Shown: one piece after another, positions 45,315-55,871 of the stretch
How positions within the stretch are numbered: position 1 is the stretch's first letter
Layout: every line of letters starts with the position of its first letter
Source: Candidatus Cloacimonadales bacterium
GTDB taxonomy: Bacteria > Cloacimonadota > Cloacimonadia > Cloacimonadales > JAIOQZ01
Direction: 5' to 3'
NCBI GenBank assembly: GCA_963665815.1
Contig: OY762463.1
Span: 96,001-160,000 of the forward strand
Length of the DNA: 64,000 bases
Made by a program: the position numbers and the translations under genes
The notes under the pieces: generated by a model
Database searches by the model: none
Seen by the model: only the letters and a program-made list of their open reading frames with translations
What the model was told of the DNA's origin: nothing

Positions 45315-48296
45315 TTATTCAGTAATGCTGAAATTTTCAATCAGCATGTCTACTTGTTCTTTATTATGATATGGCTTAACTGTTTCCAGCGCTTTTATTG
45401 CTATATCTTTGTTCTTAGTATTATTATAATACCTGATAATCATTCTCAGCATTTTTTTATATTGAGGATCTACTTCTACAACTTTTTCAAGAAGATTACT
45501 TGCCTCGTCCTTATACTTTTGTTTATCTGTAGTATTTTCCAGATTGGCAATATAAAGTTTCATCTGAATATTAAGGTCATAATAGTCACCGGTTCCGGGA
45601 TTAAGAGAAAGACCTTTTGCAAGAATTTCTTCAGCTTTTTCGAATTCTCCTGTTCTTTTGTAGTGATCTATTGCAAGTTTATAGAGTTGGATGATATTAT
45701 CAAGAATTGATGATTTGTTCTGGATGAATTTAAATCCTTCTTCCATATAGTGTACGGCTTTTTCATAATCATTTATTGTAAGATAATACTGTGATAATCT
45801 GGTAATGTATGAAGCTCCGTAGTTATTAACAAGTCGAGTAATATTATCATCTTTATAAACAGAATCATCGAATATGCTTTTGTATGTATATACTTCTGTA
45901 ACATTCTTCTCAAGTCGTTCAATATTGAAATCTGCATTAAGGATTGAAGATGTTCTACCGTATTGGTACAGCATGGAAGAAAATTCTGCATCAGGATCCG
46001 GTATCTGTTTTCCATCAACTTCATATACATAATTGTATATAGCAGGGCGCAGAGCAATTTCTTTTCTCCAGATACCGTCTTTACCCTTTTCCATTGGAAT
46101 TGGTTTCCAGTTATTCATATCTCCAAATATAGCAACATTTTTTGCCTTAGGAGCATCCAGTTTAAATTCATATTTGTTTACAGCAACCAGTCTGTCTACC
46201 ATTCCTTCATTTCTCAGGTATTTGTTGATACCAAGTTTGCGAATAAAGTCATCCGGAATGGTTACAGCGAAATATATGGGACGTTTTCCAAAATTATCTT
46301 TGATAATCTGAATTACTGCCAGATCTCTGGTATAAAGTACTTCTTTTTCATTAAGATGTACTGCGATGTTTTGTCCCGGACGCTGACCTTCTATATTAAT
46401 ATAGCCGGAGCGTCTGTTCATTCTCGGAAACAATACGTTTCCGGGGGTTTCCGGTTCAATCTGCTTATCAGGAATTGTGAATTCAACAGCTTCTTTATCT
46501 CGAATCTGTTTTATATACCAGCCTGTATTGAGCAGACTTAGGTTGGCAATGGAAACATCTTTTCTTATACCCTTACACTGCTCGTTCTTATATGCAATTG
46601 CATCGGCTATTTTAGCTTTCATGTTTTCATCAGGATAAACATCTTCTGCTGGATAAATATGTTCTTCAGCTTCCGGATCATGTACAGCTTGAGCATACCA
46701 TAATGGGAAAGTATCATTGTCTCCATTTGTGAAGATAATTGCATTTTCTTCAAGAGAGTTCAGGAAGTTTTGTCCATAACCAATTGCAACAAACTCTTTG
46801 GATCTGTCATGGATATGGTAGTGAGATGCAAGATGAAGTACAGGTAATGCGGCAAAAAGTATCAGAGCTACATAACTTAAAGGTCTGATATTGTTCCAGA
46901 GTAATTTGATAATACCAACGCATCCGATAGCCATCCAGATGGTCCAGAGGTAATAGGCGTTTGTAAAGAAATACTCTCTGTCTCTTACTTCTTCTGTAGA
47001 AAGGTTACTCACAAGAATCATAGCAAATGAACTCATAAAATAGAATGCCATGAAATACGCAAAAGAGTGTCGGTTCTTTCTTATCTGGTATACAATTCCA
47101 GTAAAACCTAATGGTAATACAATAAGGATATTAAAGAAGTTCTTTACTAATCTCACCGGCAGGTTTACCCATTCAGCTATAGTATCTGCATTAAAAAACT
47201 GCCATTGGAAATAACGCCAGAAATGATAATCTAACTGATAAAATAATGTAGCTCTTCTTTCAAGGAAAGAAACATTGCCATATTGACGTCTTAATATATA
47301 GTTAGTGAATAATTCCCAGTTATGTGGGTGACCTTCATTCATGAATGGTCTGAGAGCTGATCTTATCCAGAGATATATGTGTGGAGAAAATCCGATTCCA
47401 ATAAATATTAATGCCAGAATCCAGGTTCTTTTGCTTATATCTTTTCTTAAATGGAATACAATCATTGCAATAGCAAGAAATGCGAACATCCATTTTCCAA
47501 GGCTTGGGAATTGTACTTTTTCAGCAATACCATTGAATATTGCATAAACAACCATTAATAATACAATGTAAACAACGGTGCGTACCCAGAATGATGAAGT
47601 CCTGAAACTTTTACTGATTTGCGGGTAAAATACTATGAATAGTAAAGCAGGTGCAAGTTGAAGTGATGTCTGGTGAATACTGAATCCGAGAAAAAATACA
47701 TAGATAATCAGCATCAGGATATTCTGATGAGACATGTTTCTGTGTTTCTCAACCCAGAGAAGAGTGAGCCAGATTACCAGATTAAGGATAAGTGCAAGCC
47801 CTGCATAAACCTCAGCTTCCACTGCGTTGTTCCAGAATGTGTAGGAAAATGCAGTATAAACTGAAGCTGCAATTCCTGCAAAAACAATCAGCCATGGTTT
47901 TTTCTCAAACATAGAAATCAATTGAACTGTAATGAGATAAATCAGCATTACCGCAAGAGCGGACATCAACGCTGAAATAAAAGCTACAACCTGAGCATGG
48001 GGAAGACCAAAATCAAATATCGTGAAGAAGCGCCCCAATATGATGTAGAATGGGTTGCCGGGAGGGTGTGGAACACCGAGAATACTACTTGAAGTAATGT
48101 ATTCTCCACAATCCCAGAAAGATAATGATCTTGCCTGAGTCAGGAAGTAAATTAAAAGTGAGAATGCAAACACAGCCGTCGCAGTAATCCTGTTTACTAA
48201 GTTCGGGACTATTCGTTGCGGTCTGGTTACATCATGACTTGAAAGTGAAGACTTTATAATATCTGTATGTCCTGTTTCTTTCATTAATTTCTCCAT
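45315..48296 (-). CDS. DUF2723 (TMEM260-like GT-C) membrane protein with an inserted CBM48-like domain and TPRs
   Basis: SFWDCGEY...HPPGNP, EAEVY, EVRDREY, FTNGDNDTFPLWY; insert APKAKNVAIFGDMNNW...DG.W...Y.Y.VDG...PDP. Confidence 0.88.
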   Translation of the reverse strand: MEKLMKETGHTDIIKSSLSSHDVTRPQRIVPNLVNRITATAVFAFSLLIYFLTQARSLSFWDCGEYITSSSILGVPHPPGNPFYIILGRFFTIFDFGLPHAQVVAFISALMSALAVMLIYLITVQLISMFEKKPWLIVFAGIAASVYTAFSYTFWNNAVEAEVYAGLALILNLVIWLTLLWVEKHRNMSHQNILMLIIYVFFLGFSIHQTSLQLAPALLFIVFYPQISKSFRTSSFWVRTVVYIVLLMVVYAIFNGIAEKVQFPSLGKWMFAFLAIAMIVFHLRKDISKRTWILALIFIGIGFSPHIYLWIRSALRPFMNEGHPHNWELFTNYILRRQYGNVSFLERRATLFYQLDYHFWRYFQWQFFNADTIAEWVNLPVRLVKNFFNILIVLPLGFTGIVYQIRKNRHSFAYFMAFYFMSSFAMILVSNLSTEEVRDREYFFTNAYYLWTIWMAIGCVGIIKLLWNNIRPLSYVALILFAALPVLHLASHYHIHDRSKEFVAIGYGQNFLNSLEENAIIFTNGDNDTFPLWYAQAVHDPEAEEHIYPAEDVYPDENMKAKIADAIAYKNEQCKGIRKDVSIANLSLLNTGWYIKQIRDKEAVEFTIPDKQIEPETPGNVLFPRMNRRSGYINIEGQRPGQNIAVHLNEKEVLYTRDLAVIQIIKDNFGKRPIYFAVTIPDDFIRKLGINKYLRNEGMVDRLVAVNKYEFKLDAPKAKNVAIFGDMNNWKPIPMEKGKDGIWRKEIALRPAIYNYVYEVDGKQIPDPDAEFSSMLYQYGRTSSILNADFNIERLEKNVTEVYTYKSIFDDSVYKDDNITRLVNNYGASYITRLSQYYLTINDYEKAVHYMEEGFKFIQNKSSILDNIIQLYKLAIDHYKRTGEFEKAEEILAKGLSLNPGTGDYYDLNIQMKLYIANLENTTDKQKYKDEASNLLEKVVEVDPQYKKMLRMIIRYYNNTKNKDIAIKALETVKPYHNKEQVDMLIENFSITE

Positions 48297-48407
48297 AAAA
48301 TATAATTATTTTTAAAATTCATTTATAATATCATTGAGTCAAGCAAATAAATTAGAGATAATACTATTACAGCAAAATCTACCGCTCTAAGTATGCTGAC
48401 CCACTAA

Positions 48408-49235
48408 TCAGATTTTGTTTTCGAACAGGGCTGATAGATAACCCACAACCTCTCGGTTATCTCCGGTAACTTTCCCTGAATGAGTATAGGAAACAATAAC
48501 TGGTGGGTTTGTTTCCAGTTTGTCTGCTATATGCATTATTGTCATTACAGTTCCAAAACCACATGCCTCAGTATCTCGATATGCAAGTTTATTCTGCATG
48601 CTGTCAATATCCATATTCTTTAGAAGATCAATGAATAAACTGTCTTTAATCTCCGCTGTAGCAGCATTATGGAAATGAGATAAATCCGTGCTGGCAACAA
48701 ACAGAGTGTTCTCCATATCATTGATTGCTTCTGACAGAATTTTTCCGAGCAGTCTACTGTTGTGTTTCTGTTGATTGCTTATAACAATCGGAACAAGAAG
48801 AAAATCACCCAAAAAGTATTTCAGTAGAGGCAGTTGTACTTCGAGAGAATGTTCAGCCTCAAATGCCTGAGGAATGAATTCGCAATGCTCAGATTCCAGA
48901 AGTTTCGTTATCACAGTTTTATCAGTTTTGATGTTGCCATTGGGAGTTTCAAACTTATCGAAGTTTCCTATGGAAAAATCAAAACCACCTAATCTGTGAC
49001 TCGGGGCTATTACAACAACACGCTTATAATCGAACTGTCTCAATTGTCTGATGCAGTCAACAGCACATTGTCCGGAATAAACATAACCAGCATGTGGTAA
49101 AATTACACATGCCGGTTTGTTAATCTTTATGTTCTTATCAGATTCTTCATCCATAATTTTTATTGTTTTCAATAATGCTTCTGCATTACCCGGATAGAAA
49201 GAACCTGCAAACTTAGTTTTCTTTGTTTTGCTCAT
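48408..49235 (-). CDS. amrB: AmmeMemoRadiSam protein B (MEMO1 family)
   Basis: AGSFYP, PHAGYVYSG, EHSLEVQLP, STDLSH, ACG, VVGY. Confidence 0.93.
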   Translation of the reverse strand: MSKTKKTKFAGSFYPGNAEALLKTIKIMDEESDKNIKINKPACVILPHAGYVYSGQCAVDCIRQLRQFDYKRVVVIAPSHRLGGFDFSIGNFDKFETPNGNIKTDKTVITKLLESEHCEFIPQAFEAEHSLEVQLPLLKYFLGDFLLVPIVISNQQKHNSRLLGKILSEAINDMENTLFVASTDLSHFHNAATAEIKDSLFIDLLKNMDIDSMQNKLAYRDTEACGFGTVMTIMHIADKLETNPPVIVSYTHSGKVTGDNREVVGYLSALFENKI

Positions 49236-49269
49236 CTCACTCCCTTAACGAATGAAAACTGTATTCATG

Positions 49270-50871
49270 TCATTTTTTTTTATTCTTTTTTGCTGCTTTT
49301 ATGAAACTTGCAAAAATAGGGTGCGGTGTATTAGGTCTGGATTTGAATTCAGGATGAAACTGAACACCAATATAGAATGGGTGGTCCTTAATCTCTACAA
49401 TCTCTACAAGCAAATCGTCAGGAGATTTACCTGTAATCATCATACCGTTTTCAGTAAGTACATCTCTGTATCTGTTATTAAACTCATATCTATGTCTGTG
49501 TCTTTCTGAAATAGTTTTGTTGTCGTATATGCTTCTCGCTAATGATCCTTCCATAAGAGAACATTCATATGATCCAAGTCTCATATTTCCACCGTATTGA
49601 TCGATATAGCTATGGTCTTCCATTAAATCTATAATAGGGTTTTCACAATGTTCATCGAATTCTGTACTGTATACATCAGGTACATTACAAACATGTTTAG
49701 CATACTCAACAACGGCAATCTGCATACCAAGGCATATTCCAAAGAAAGGTATTTTGTTCTCTCTGGCATATTTAGCAATGCTGATTTTACCGTTAATTCC
49801 TCTGACTCCGAATCCACCGGGAACAAGGATACCATCAACCCCGTCGAGTTCCTTTTCTATTACATCTGCAGTGTCTGTTCGCTCTGAATCAATCCACCTT
49901 ATGTTCAGTTTGACTTTATTTTCAGCTGAAGCGTGTATCAATGCCTGTTCAACGCTTTTGTATGCATCCTGATGAATAACGTATTTTCCACAGACAGCGA
50001 TTGTGACTTCTTCGGTGCTTGTTCTGAGGTTTGTCAGATATGTCTCCCAGTCGGAGAAATCACTTTGTTTATAATTAAGATCAAGCAGATCGCAAAGTAC
50101 TTTATCCAGACCGGCTTCTTTATATACAAGTGGTACGGAATAAACAGAATCTACATCAATTGCATTTATAACATGATCTTTCTTAACATTTGTAAATAGA
50201 GCAATTTTTGATTTGATATCATCATCAAACTTCTTTTCTGATCGGCAGAGAAGAATGTCCGGTTGAATACCAATTCCTCTAAGCGTATGAACACTGTGCT
50301 GGGTTGGTTTTGTTTTCAATTCTCCTGCAGCCTTGACAAGTGGTACATAAGTAAGGAATACATATATACCGTTTTTTTCGCCAAGTTCCAGTTTAAATTG
50401 TCTAATTGCTTCCAGAAAAGGTAAACTTTCTATATCACCGATTGTTCCACCTACTTCCACAAGAACGATATCATTTTCTTTTTCGATTTTTCTGATATTG
50501 TAAATAATTTCATTGGTGATGTGTGGAACTACCTGAACTGTTTTTCCAAGATAATCACCGCGACGTTCTTTTCTGATAACGCTATCATAAATTTGACCGG
50601 ATGTCGTGTTAGAGTGTTTCCCCATGTTTTTGTCGATGAATCTCTCGTAGTGTCCAAGATCAAGGTCTGCCTCAGCTCCATCATCTGTTACAAAAACTTC
50701 TCCGTGCTGGAAAGGACTCATTGTTCCCGGATCTACATTAAGATATGGATCAAGTTTAATCATTCCGATTGAATAACCCATTTTTTTAAGAAGCAGCCCT
50801 ATTGAAGAAGAGGCTATTCCTTTACCAAGTGAAGATACAACTCCGCCCATAACAAAAATATACTTTGTCAT
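49270..50871 (-). CDS. pyrG: CTP synthase
   Basis: GGVVSSLGKG, DPYLNVDPGTMSP, KTKPTQ, GICLG, QFHPEF. Confidence 0.98.
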   Translation of the reverse strand: MTKYIFVMGGVVSSLGKGIASSSIGLLLKKMGYSIGMIKLDPYLNVDPGTMSPFQHGEVFVTDDGAEADLDLGHYERFIDKNMGKHSNTTSGQIYDSVIRKERRGDYLGKTVQVVPHITNEIIYNIRKIEKENDIVLVEVGGTIGDIESLPFLEAIRQFKLELGEKNGIYVFLTYVPLVKAAGELKTKPTQHSVHTLRGIGIQPDILLCRSEKKFDDDIKSKIALFTNVKKDHVINAIDVDSVYSVPLVYKEAGLDKVLCDLLDLNYKQSDFSDWETYLTNLRTSTEEVTIAVCGKYVIHQDAYKSVEQALIHASAENKVKLNIRWIDSERTDTADVIEKELDGVDGILVPGGFGVRGINGKISIAKYARENKIPFFGICLGMQIAVVEYAKHVCNVPDVYSTEFDEHCENPIIDLMEDHSYIDQYGGNMRLGSYECSLMEGSLARSIYDNKTISERHRHRYEFNNRYRDVLTENGMMITGKSPDDLLVEIVEIKDHPFYIGVQFHPEFKSRPNTPHPIFASFIKAAKKNKKK

Positions 50872-50883
50872 TATTTCTCCTGT

Positions 50884-51969
50884 TTATCTTTCATTTAATA
50901 TATCTGATATGTATGTAGAATTTTCGACAGATTCCATTTCTGCACAGCAATTGCTGATTGTAATAGTCTCAGAATTCATGTCTTCAAATTCGATGGATAT
51001 GTTGCGGTAAGCGCATTTGTCAAACTGCTCGTATCCGATAGGTTTAATTTTACTGTTAATTCCGATGTTTAATATTGGGGATGAATCAAGCTTGAGATTA
51101 TGCAGAGCATTTTGAAGATGAACATTACCTTTTGCTTCATCTCCGAATCTTACCAGACTTACGCTGCCATTCTTCAACATTAGTTCAACATTTGAATATA
51201 CTCTGTTTCTGAAATAGACTTTATCTGCTGAGAATGTCCCGTTCAGAGTTGTTGTTATAATTCTCTGCGATATTTTTCCTGCCGGAAGGTAAATGGATTC
51301 ATTGCTGAATAATCCGTTCTTCAGACTGTCAGGTGTTTCCAGTTGAAAATAAAGATATTCTTTTCCTGAAACCAGTTTGATGTTTCTTTGATCAATCAGC
51401 CAGGTAACAATATTTTCATGGATATTCTCAAGCCTGTTGTAATCACAATTAAGACTTTCAAAATAAGTGTAACGCAGATCCTGTAAATCTACATTGTAAT
51501 ATTCTGCAAGAGCAGCTGTCGGGAAACCAAGATAAACCGTTTTCTTATGTTTCTTCTCTATAATCTCTCTTACTTCCTCAGTAGATTTTTTCATCTTATT
51601 GAATTTAACATCAGGGATACTTTCATATAGCTGAGGATTACTTCTCCAGCCCAGATCAATAATACAGTCTACTTTCTCAATCAGACTTGTATAATAAGTG
51701 AAAGGAGTGTCATATACTTCCTCACTTACTTCACTGAAGAATCTTTCTTTCAGGCGTTCTGTGGAAATCTCAAGCAGAGGAAATGCTTTTTTCTTTCTGA
51801 TTGCCATAGCGAGTTCTTCTATGAATGGTATTTGCTCCAGAGTTTCAGAACTGTCGGTAGCAGAACCATTTCGAATTTCTCCGTTAATAGAAATAACTTG
51901 TCCTGCTCGTACTCGAACAATTTGATTAATAATTTTAAATGCGGTTACAGTATAATCTTTAATCATCAA
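50884..51969 (-). CDS. Aminopeptidase M29-like protein, catalytic motifs degenerate
   Basis: N-terminal layout and FPTAALA...Y...LN.DY resemble M29; YLPAGKI and ILNIGIN lack the usual Glu residues. Confidence 0.6.
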   Translation of the reverse strand: MMIKDYTVTAFKIINQIVRVRAGQVISINGEIRNGSATDSSETLEQIPFIEELAMAIRKKKAFPLLEISTERLKERFFSEVSEEVYDTPFTYYTSLIEKVDCIIDLGWRSNPQLYESIPDVKFNKMKKSTEEVREIIEKKHKKTVYLGFPTAALAEYYNVDLQDLRYTYFESLNCDYNRLENIHENIVTWLIDQRNIKLVSGKEYLYFQLETPDSLKNGLFSNESIYLPAGKISQRIITTTLNGTFSADKVYFRNRVYSNVELMLKNGSVSLVRFGDEAKGNVHLQNALHNLKLDSSPILNIGINSKIKPIGYEQFDKCAYRNISIEFEDMNSETITISNCCAEMESVENSTYISDILNER

Positions 51970-51979
51970 TAAAACTCCG

Positions 51980-52807
51980 TTATATGTTTCTTGAATCCAG
52001 ATACCAGGTTTCTCCCAGTTTAACTTTATTCAATGTATTGATATCGCTTCCTAATATTCTTTCGGCAATCATCTTGAATTTTGCTTCATTATCGCTGACA
52101 AAGAAAGAATCCTTACCTTTAGTTTCTGTTTCCGGAAAGGGGAGAATGTCTTTAAGACGAGAAGCCACAGCCTCTGCACTGTCTACAAGCGAAACATCAT
52201 TGCTCATGTATTTCTGTATTGTTTTCTTTAAAATTGGATAGTGAGTACAGCCAAGTACAAGTGTATCGATTTCATTATGTATCATATCGGAAAGATATTC
52301 TTTAACAATCAGCTCCGTAATTTCATGGTTTTCCCAGCCTTCTTCCACCAGAGGGACAAAGAGTGGACATGATCTGGAAAAAATTGATGCTGCGGGTTGC
52401 AGTTCTTTTATTGCTTCCTCGTATGCTTTACTGTTAATTGTTCCTTCCGTTCCCGTAACACCTATTCTGCTGTTTCTTGTTTTCTGAACTGCTGTAAATG
52501 CTCCGGGGTTTATCACATCAACTATTGAAACCGGAAACATCTTTTTAAGGGTGGGAATAGCGGCTGCAGATGCAGTATTACAGGCGACCACAATTATTTT
52601 TGCATTAAACTGCATTAGGAATCTGGTGTTTTGAACAGAGTAATCTATTATTGTGGATTTTGATTTCGGACCATATGGAACTCTAGCTGTATCACCAAAA
52701 TAAACGATGTCTTCATAGGGAAAGTTCTTTCTTATTTCCTTATAAACAGTCAATCCGCCAATACCGGAATCGAATATTCCGATAGGCTGTTTCTTTTGAT
52801 TGCTCAT
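51980..52807 (-). CDS. murI: Glutamate racemase
   Basis: IGIFDSGIGGLTV, PYGPK, ACNTAS, LGCTHYP. Confidence 0.97.
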   Translation of the reverse strand: MSNQKKQPIGIFDSGIGGLTVYKEIRKNFPYEDIVYFGDTARVPYGPKSKSTIIDYSVQNTRFLMQFNAKIIVVACNTASAAAIPTLKKMFPVSIVDVINPGAFTAVQKTRNSRIGVTGTEGTINSKAYEEAIKELQPAASIFSRSCPLFVPLVEEGWENHEITELIVKEYLSDMIHNEIDTLVLGCTHYPILKKTIQKYMSNDVSLVDSAEAVASRLKDILPFPETETKGKDSFFVSDNEAKFKMIAERILGSDINTLNKVKLGETWYLDSRNI

Positions 52808-52810
52808 GAA

Positions 52811-53878
52811 CTAAAACTCCAGAATATCATTGAGGGTCTGTCTTGTGAATTTCCGGCATATTGCTTTCATTAACTCCACGAGGTTCTTATAGTCACTCAT
52901 ATCAATCATTCCGTGATGACTGTGAGCATACCTGACGGGAACTCCAAGCACTATTGAAGGAATTCCATTGTGTGTCAAATGAATTTTACCTGCGTCTGTT
53001 CCACCTTTTCTTCTCACTGTTGGCTGAACAGGAATTCCAAATTCAGCTGCTGTATCCATTACGAATTTGCTGAGTCCCGGATGAGCAAGCATAGTAGGGT
53101 CGTATAGTCGAAGATGAACACCCTTTCCTAATGCTGTCTGAGGGGCTGTGCTTCCTAATGTGTCATCTGCAGGAGGTCCTTCAACAACAAAGACAACATC
53201 CGGTTTAATCATATTAGTATAAACCTGAGCTCCTCTCGTGCCTACTTCTTCCTGCACTGTTGCACCACAGTATACATTTGAATGCAGCTCTATAGAATCA
53301 AGAGCTTGACCAAGTTCAATGGCAGATGCAACTCCGATTCTATTGTCAAAAGCTTTGGAAATAACTCTGTCTGTCTGCTTAATATGCTTAAAGTTCGATA
53401 CAGGAGTAACAGGATTTCCCAGATTAACTCCGAATTTATCTATAACTTCTTCTTTTGATTTTGCTCCAATATCAATTGTGAGATTCTCAATTTTCATCTG
53501 ACTATATTGGTTACTCAGAAAATGAACCGGAATTGATGAAAAAATTCCGAATACGGATTCTTTGTTGTTATTACGGATCTCCACAGGAGAAGATAATAAT
53601 GTAAGAGGACTCCATCCACCAATATTCTGTACTTTGATAAGTCCATTACCAGTAATTTCAGCAACAATGAAACCTACTTCGTCCATGTGAGCTACAAAGG
53701 CTATATCAGGTGCTTCTGTATCTTTGGAGTTATACTTAAATGCAACAGATCCCATTCTGTCAGAGATTGGATTCGTATTATTTCCGAGATGCTGACACAT
53801 TATTTTTTTAATATTTTTCTCGTATCCGGAGATGCCGGGAGTAGTGGTGAGTTGTTCGATTAATTTGATTGAATCCAT
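52811..53878 (-). CDS. M42 family aminopeptidase
   Basis: AHMDEVG, KAFDNR.G, QEEVG.RGA, GGTDAG, RYAHS. Confidence 0.93.
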   Translation of the reverse strand: MDSIKLIEQLTTTPGISGYEKNIKKIMCQHLGNNTNPISDRMGSVAFKYNSKDTEAPDIAFVAHMDEVGFIVAEITGNGLIKVQNIGGWSPLTLLSSPVEIRNNNKESVFGIFSSIPVHFLSNQYSQMKIENLTIDIGAKSKEEVIDKFGVNLGNPVTPVSNFKHIKQTDRVISKAFDNRIGVASAIELGQALDSIELHSNVYCGATVQEEVGTRGAQVYTNMIKPDVVFVVEGPPADDTLGSTAPQTALGKGVHLRLYDPTMLAHPGLSKFVMDTAAEFGIPVQPTVRRKGGTDAGKIHLTHNGIPSIVLGVPVRYAHSHHGMIDMSDYKNLVELMKAICRKFTRQTLNDILEF

Positions 53879-54037
53879 ATTTTTTTTCCTTTATGGTTTT
53901 TGCAAATTTCAGAGCTGGTCACATGATGTCAAGTTATAAAAACAGCAATTAGTATTCCCTGATTTCCTAAATATTTACATAGCAGAATAAAAAAAAGTTG
54001 AGAGTTTTTAGCTTCGACTCTAATAGAGAAAGCAGGA

Positions 54038-54823
54038 TCAGGGTATCTCAGGGAGTTTTATATAAGTGTCATTATCTGATGTTTTCTGGATGAACAGCAT
54101 AACTCCTCGGTAGCATCCATCTTTAGTAAATCTTGTATATATGTGGTTGATATTGAGTTTATGCAGAGTTCTGAAGACCATGTTAAGGGGATAGTTATAC
54201 ATTTCCATGTATGGAGTGTCTATCTTTCTCCCATTCATGATATTTGCAAACTCAATTGCAAACGGAATTTTAGATTTTGTCCACTCAATGAATTTTCTAA
54301 GTATTGTAATGTCGCTTTCATACACGAAATGGATCATTGCAACTCCATTTACAGAAAGTTTGTTAATCAACCTCCAGAATATTGATAATCCCTGTTCAAC
54401 AGGAATATGCTGAAAAACATATATTGAATGTATGAAATCAAATTTTCCATGAAGCTGGGAGAGTTTTTCATCACTCAGGAATAAACTGATGTTTTTCTTC
54501 TGTTTTTTCTCTATATGCTTATCGGTAATGTCCAGGAGACTTGGGGATACATCGAGACCTACTGCTTGATCAACTAAATCTGATAAAGGTAAAAGTACTC
54601 TTCCTGCTCCACATCCGAAATCCAGAGCTCTTTTGGGTGAGAAATTGCTATCCAATCTATTTCTTATTATTTGAAAAACGTTTCTGATATAATCGTTACC
54701 TTCTTGAAAAAAAAGATTAAGTGATTCCGTATCCCTGATATTTTTGAATTTATCATTTGTTGTAACCCAGAAGTACGGATCCTCTCTGGCAAACTTTTCC
54801 CAATAAATCTCAGTTTTATTCAT
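54038..54823 (-). CDS. Class I SAM-dependent methyltransferase
   Basis: ALDFGCGAGR, GLDVS, VFQH. Confidence 0.9.
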   Translation of the reverse strand: MNKTEIYWEKFAREDPYFWVTTNDKFKNIRDTESLNLFFQEGNDYIRNVFQIIRNRLDSNFSPKRALDFGCGAGRVLLPLSDLVDQAVGLDVSPSLLDITDKHIEKKQKKNISLFLSDEKLSQLHGKFDFIHSIYVFQHIPVEQGLSIFWRLINKLSVNGVAMIHFVYESDITILRKFIEWTKSKIPFAIEFANIMNGRKIDTPYMEMYNYPLNMVFRTLHKLNINHIYTRFTKDGCYRGVMLFIQKTSDNDTYIKLPEIP

Positions 54824-54916
54824 AATTAATCCTTTATAAAAATCTATAAAAAAGTCTATTCTCTTACAAGATTTTTTATAATTAATTCTGCGTGCTCAGT
54901 TACCATATATAATTTA

Positions 54917-55528
54917 TTAATTTTCTGGCTCAGATTTAACTCCGTTAATAAAAATACCATCATCATTTAGAACGATTCCTGAAAATTCAGGGATTTTGCC
55001 ATAACAAATACTGTTTACATATAATGTGTCATTTTCAATGACTATCGTCTTATCACCTGTAATAAAATCATGTCTTTCCAGGTTATTCTCATTTGTCATT
55101 GTGTACATACTAATTGCACTTATTGTGTGAACTGCCACAAAATGGCTTCCCATTTTCTGGATTGCAAAATCCTCTGACTGATCCAGAAACATCTGCATTG
55201 CTTCTGAAACAGGAGCTCCACTTTTGGGTTTGTTATTTACAAATACGGTACCATCAGTGATGGATATTTTGTCAGTATCATTTAGTTTTCCGTAAGAGAG
55301 TTTGTTAAATACCATTTCGTTCTGCCATACATAAAGAGTATTTTCGTCGAAGCATAATATATGCAAATCCTGACCTGATATTTCTTTTGTAGATTTTGAG
55401 ACATTCTTCGGGAAAGGATCAATTGCTATCTTAATATCTCCGAGAGGGAAGACTAAATCCTCAGATGCAAAAACGAGGTTAACTGATACCACAATAATTA
55501 TTATCCAGAAAATATTGAATTTAGACAT
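54917..55528 (-). CDS. Secreted hypothetical protein
   Basis: Signal peptide from ATG 55528 after AAGGAG; internal duplication (L..N..SYGKL / LYVNSICYGKI). Confidence 0.65.
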   Translation of the reverse strand: MSKFNIFWIIIIVVSVNLVFASEDLVFPLGDIKIAIDPFPKNVSKSTKEISGQDLHILCFDENTLYVWQNEMVFNKLSYGKLNDTDKISITDGTVFVNNKPKSGAPVSEAMQMFLDQSEDFAIQKMGSHFVAVHTISAISMYTMTNENNLERHDFITGDKTIVIENDTLYVNSICYGKIPEFSGIVLNDDGIFINGVKSEPEN

Positions 55529-55871
55529 AAATTTCTCCTTAAACAAAAAGATGAAGAAAACAGTTCTCAACTGTCAAGAATATTATATATTATCAATATA
55601 TTCAGAAATATAGGATGTTAATTATGTTGAGAGATCTGCAAAATGATAAATCTAGCAATCTACGTATAATGAGACAAAATAAAAACTATAGATGAGATTA
55701 ATGACACACCTGGTAGGGCAGTCATGCTTTGTATTTATAAGTATTGAGTCAACTGCCACAATAATGCAAAGGTCTCATGTTGCAAAAAAAAGAATCAGAA
55801 AAAGTTATATGAGATTAACTTTGGATTTTGGTTGACAACAAACTCTCAGAATTATTCTTTAAGGAAATATT

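Noticed and set aside
55570-55871. Riboswitch or ncRNA upstream of the tricorn protease
   Set aside because: Only short inverted matches (GGCAGT/ACTGCC, ATGAGAC/GTCTCAT); no recognisable family motif
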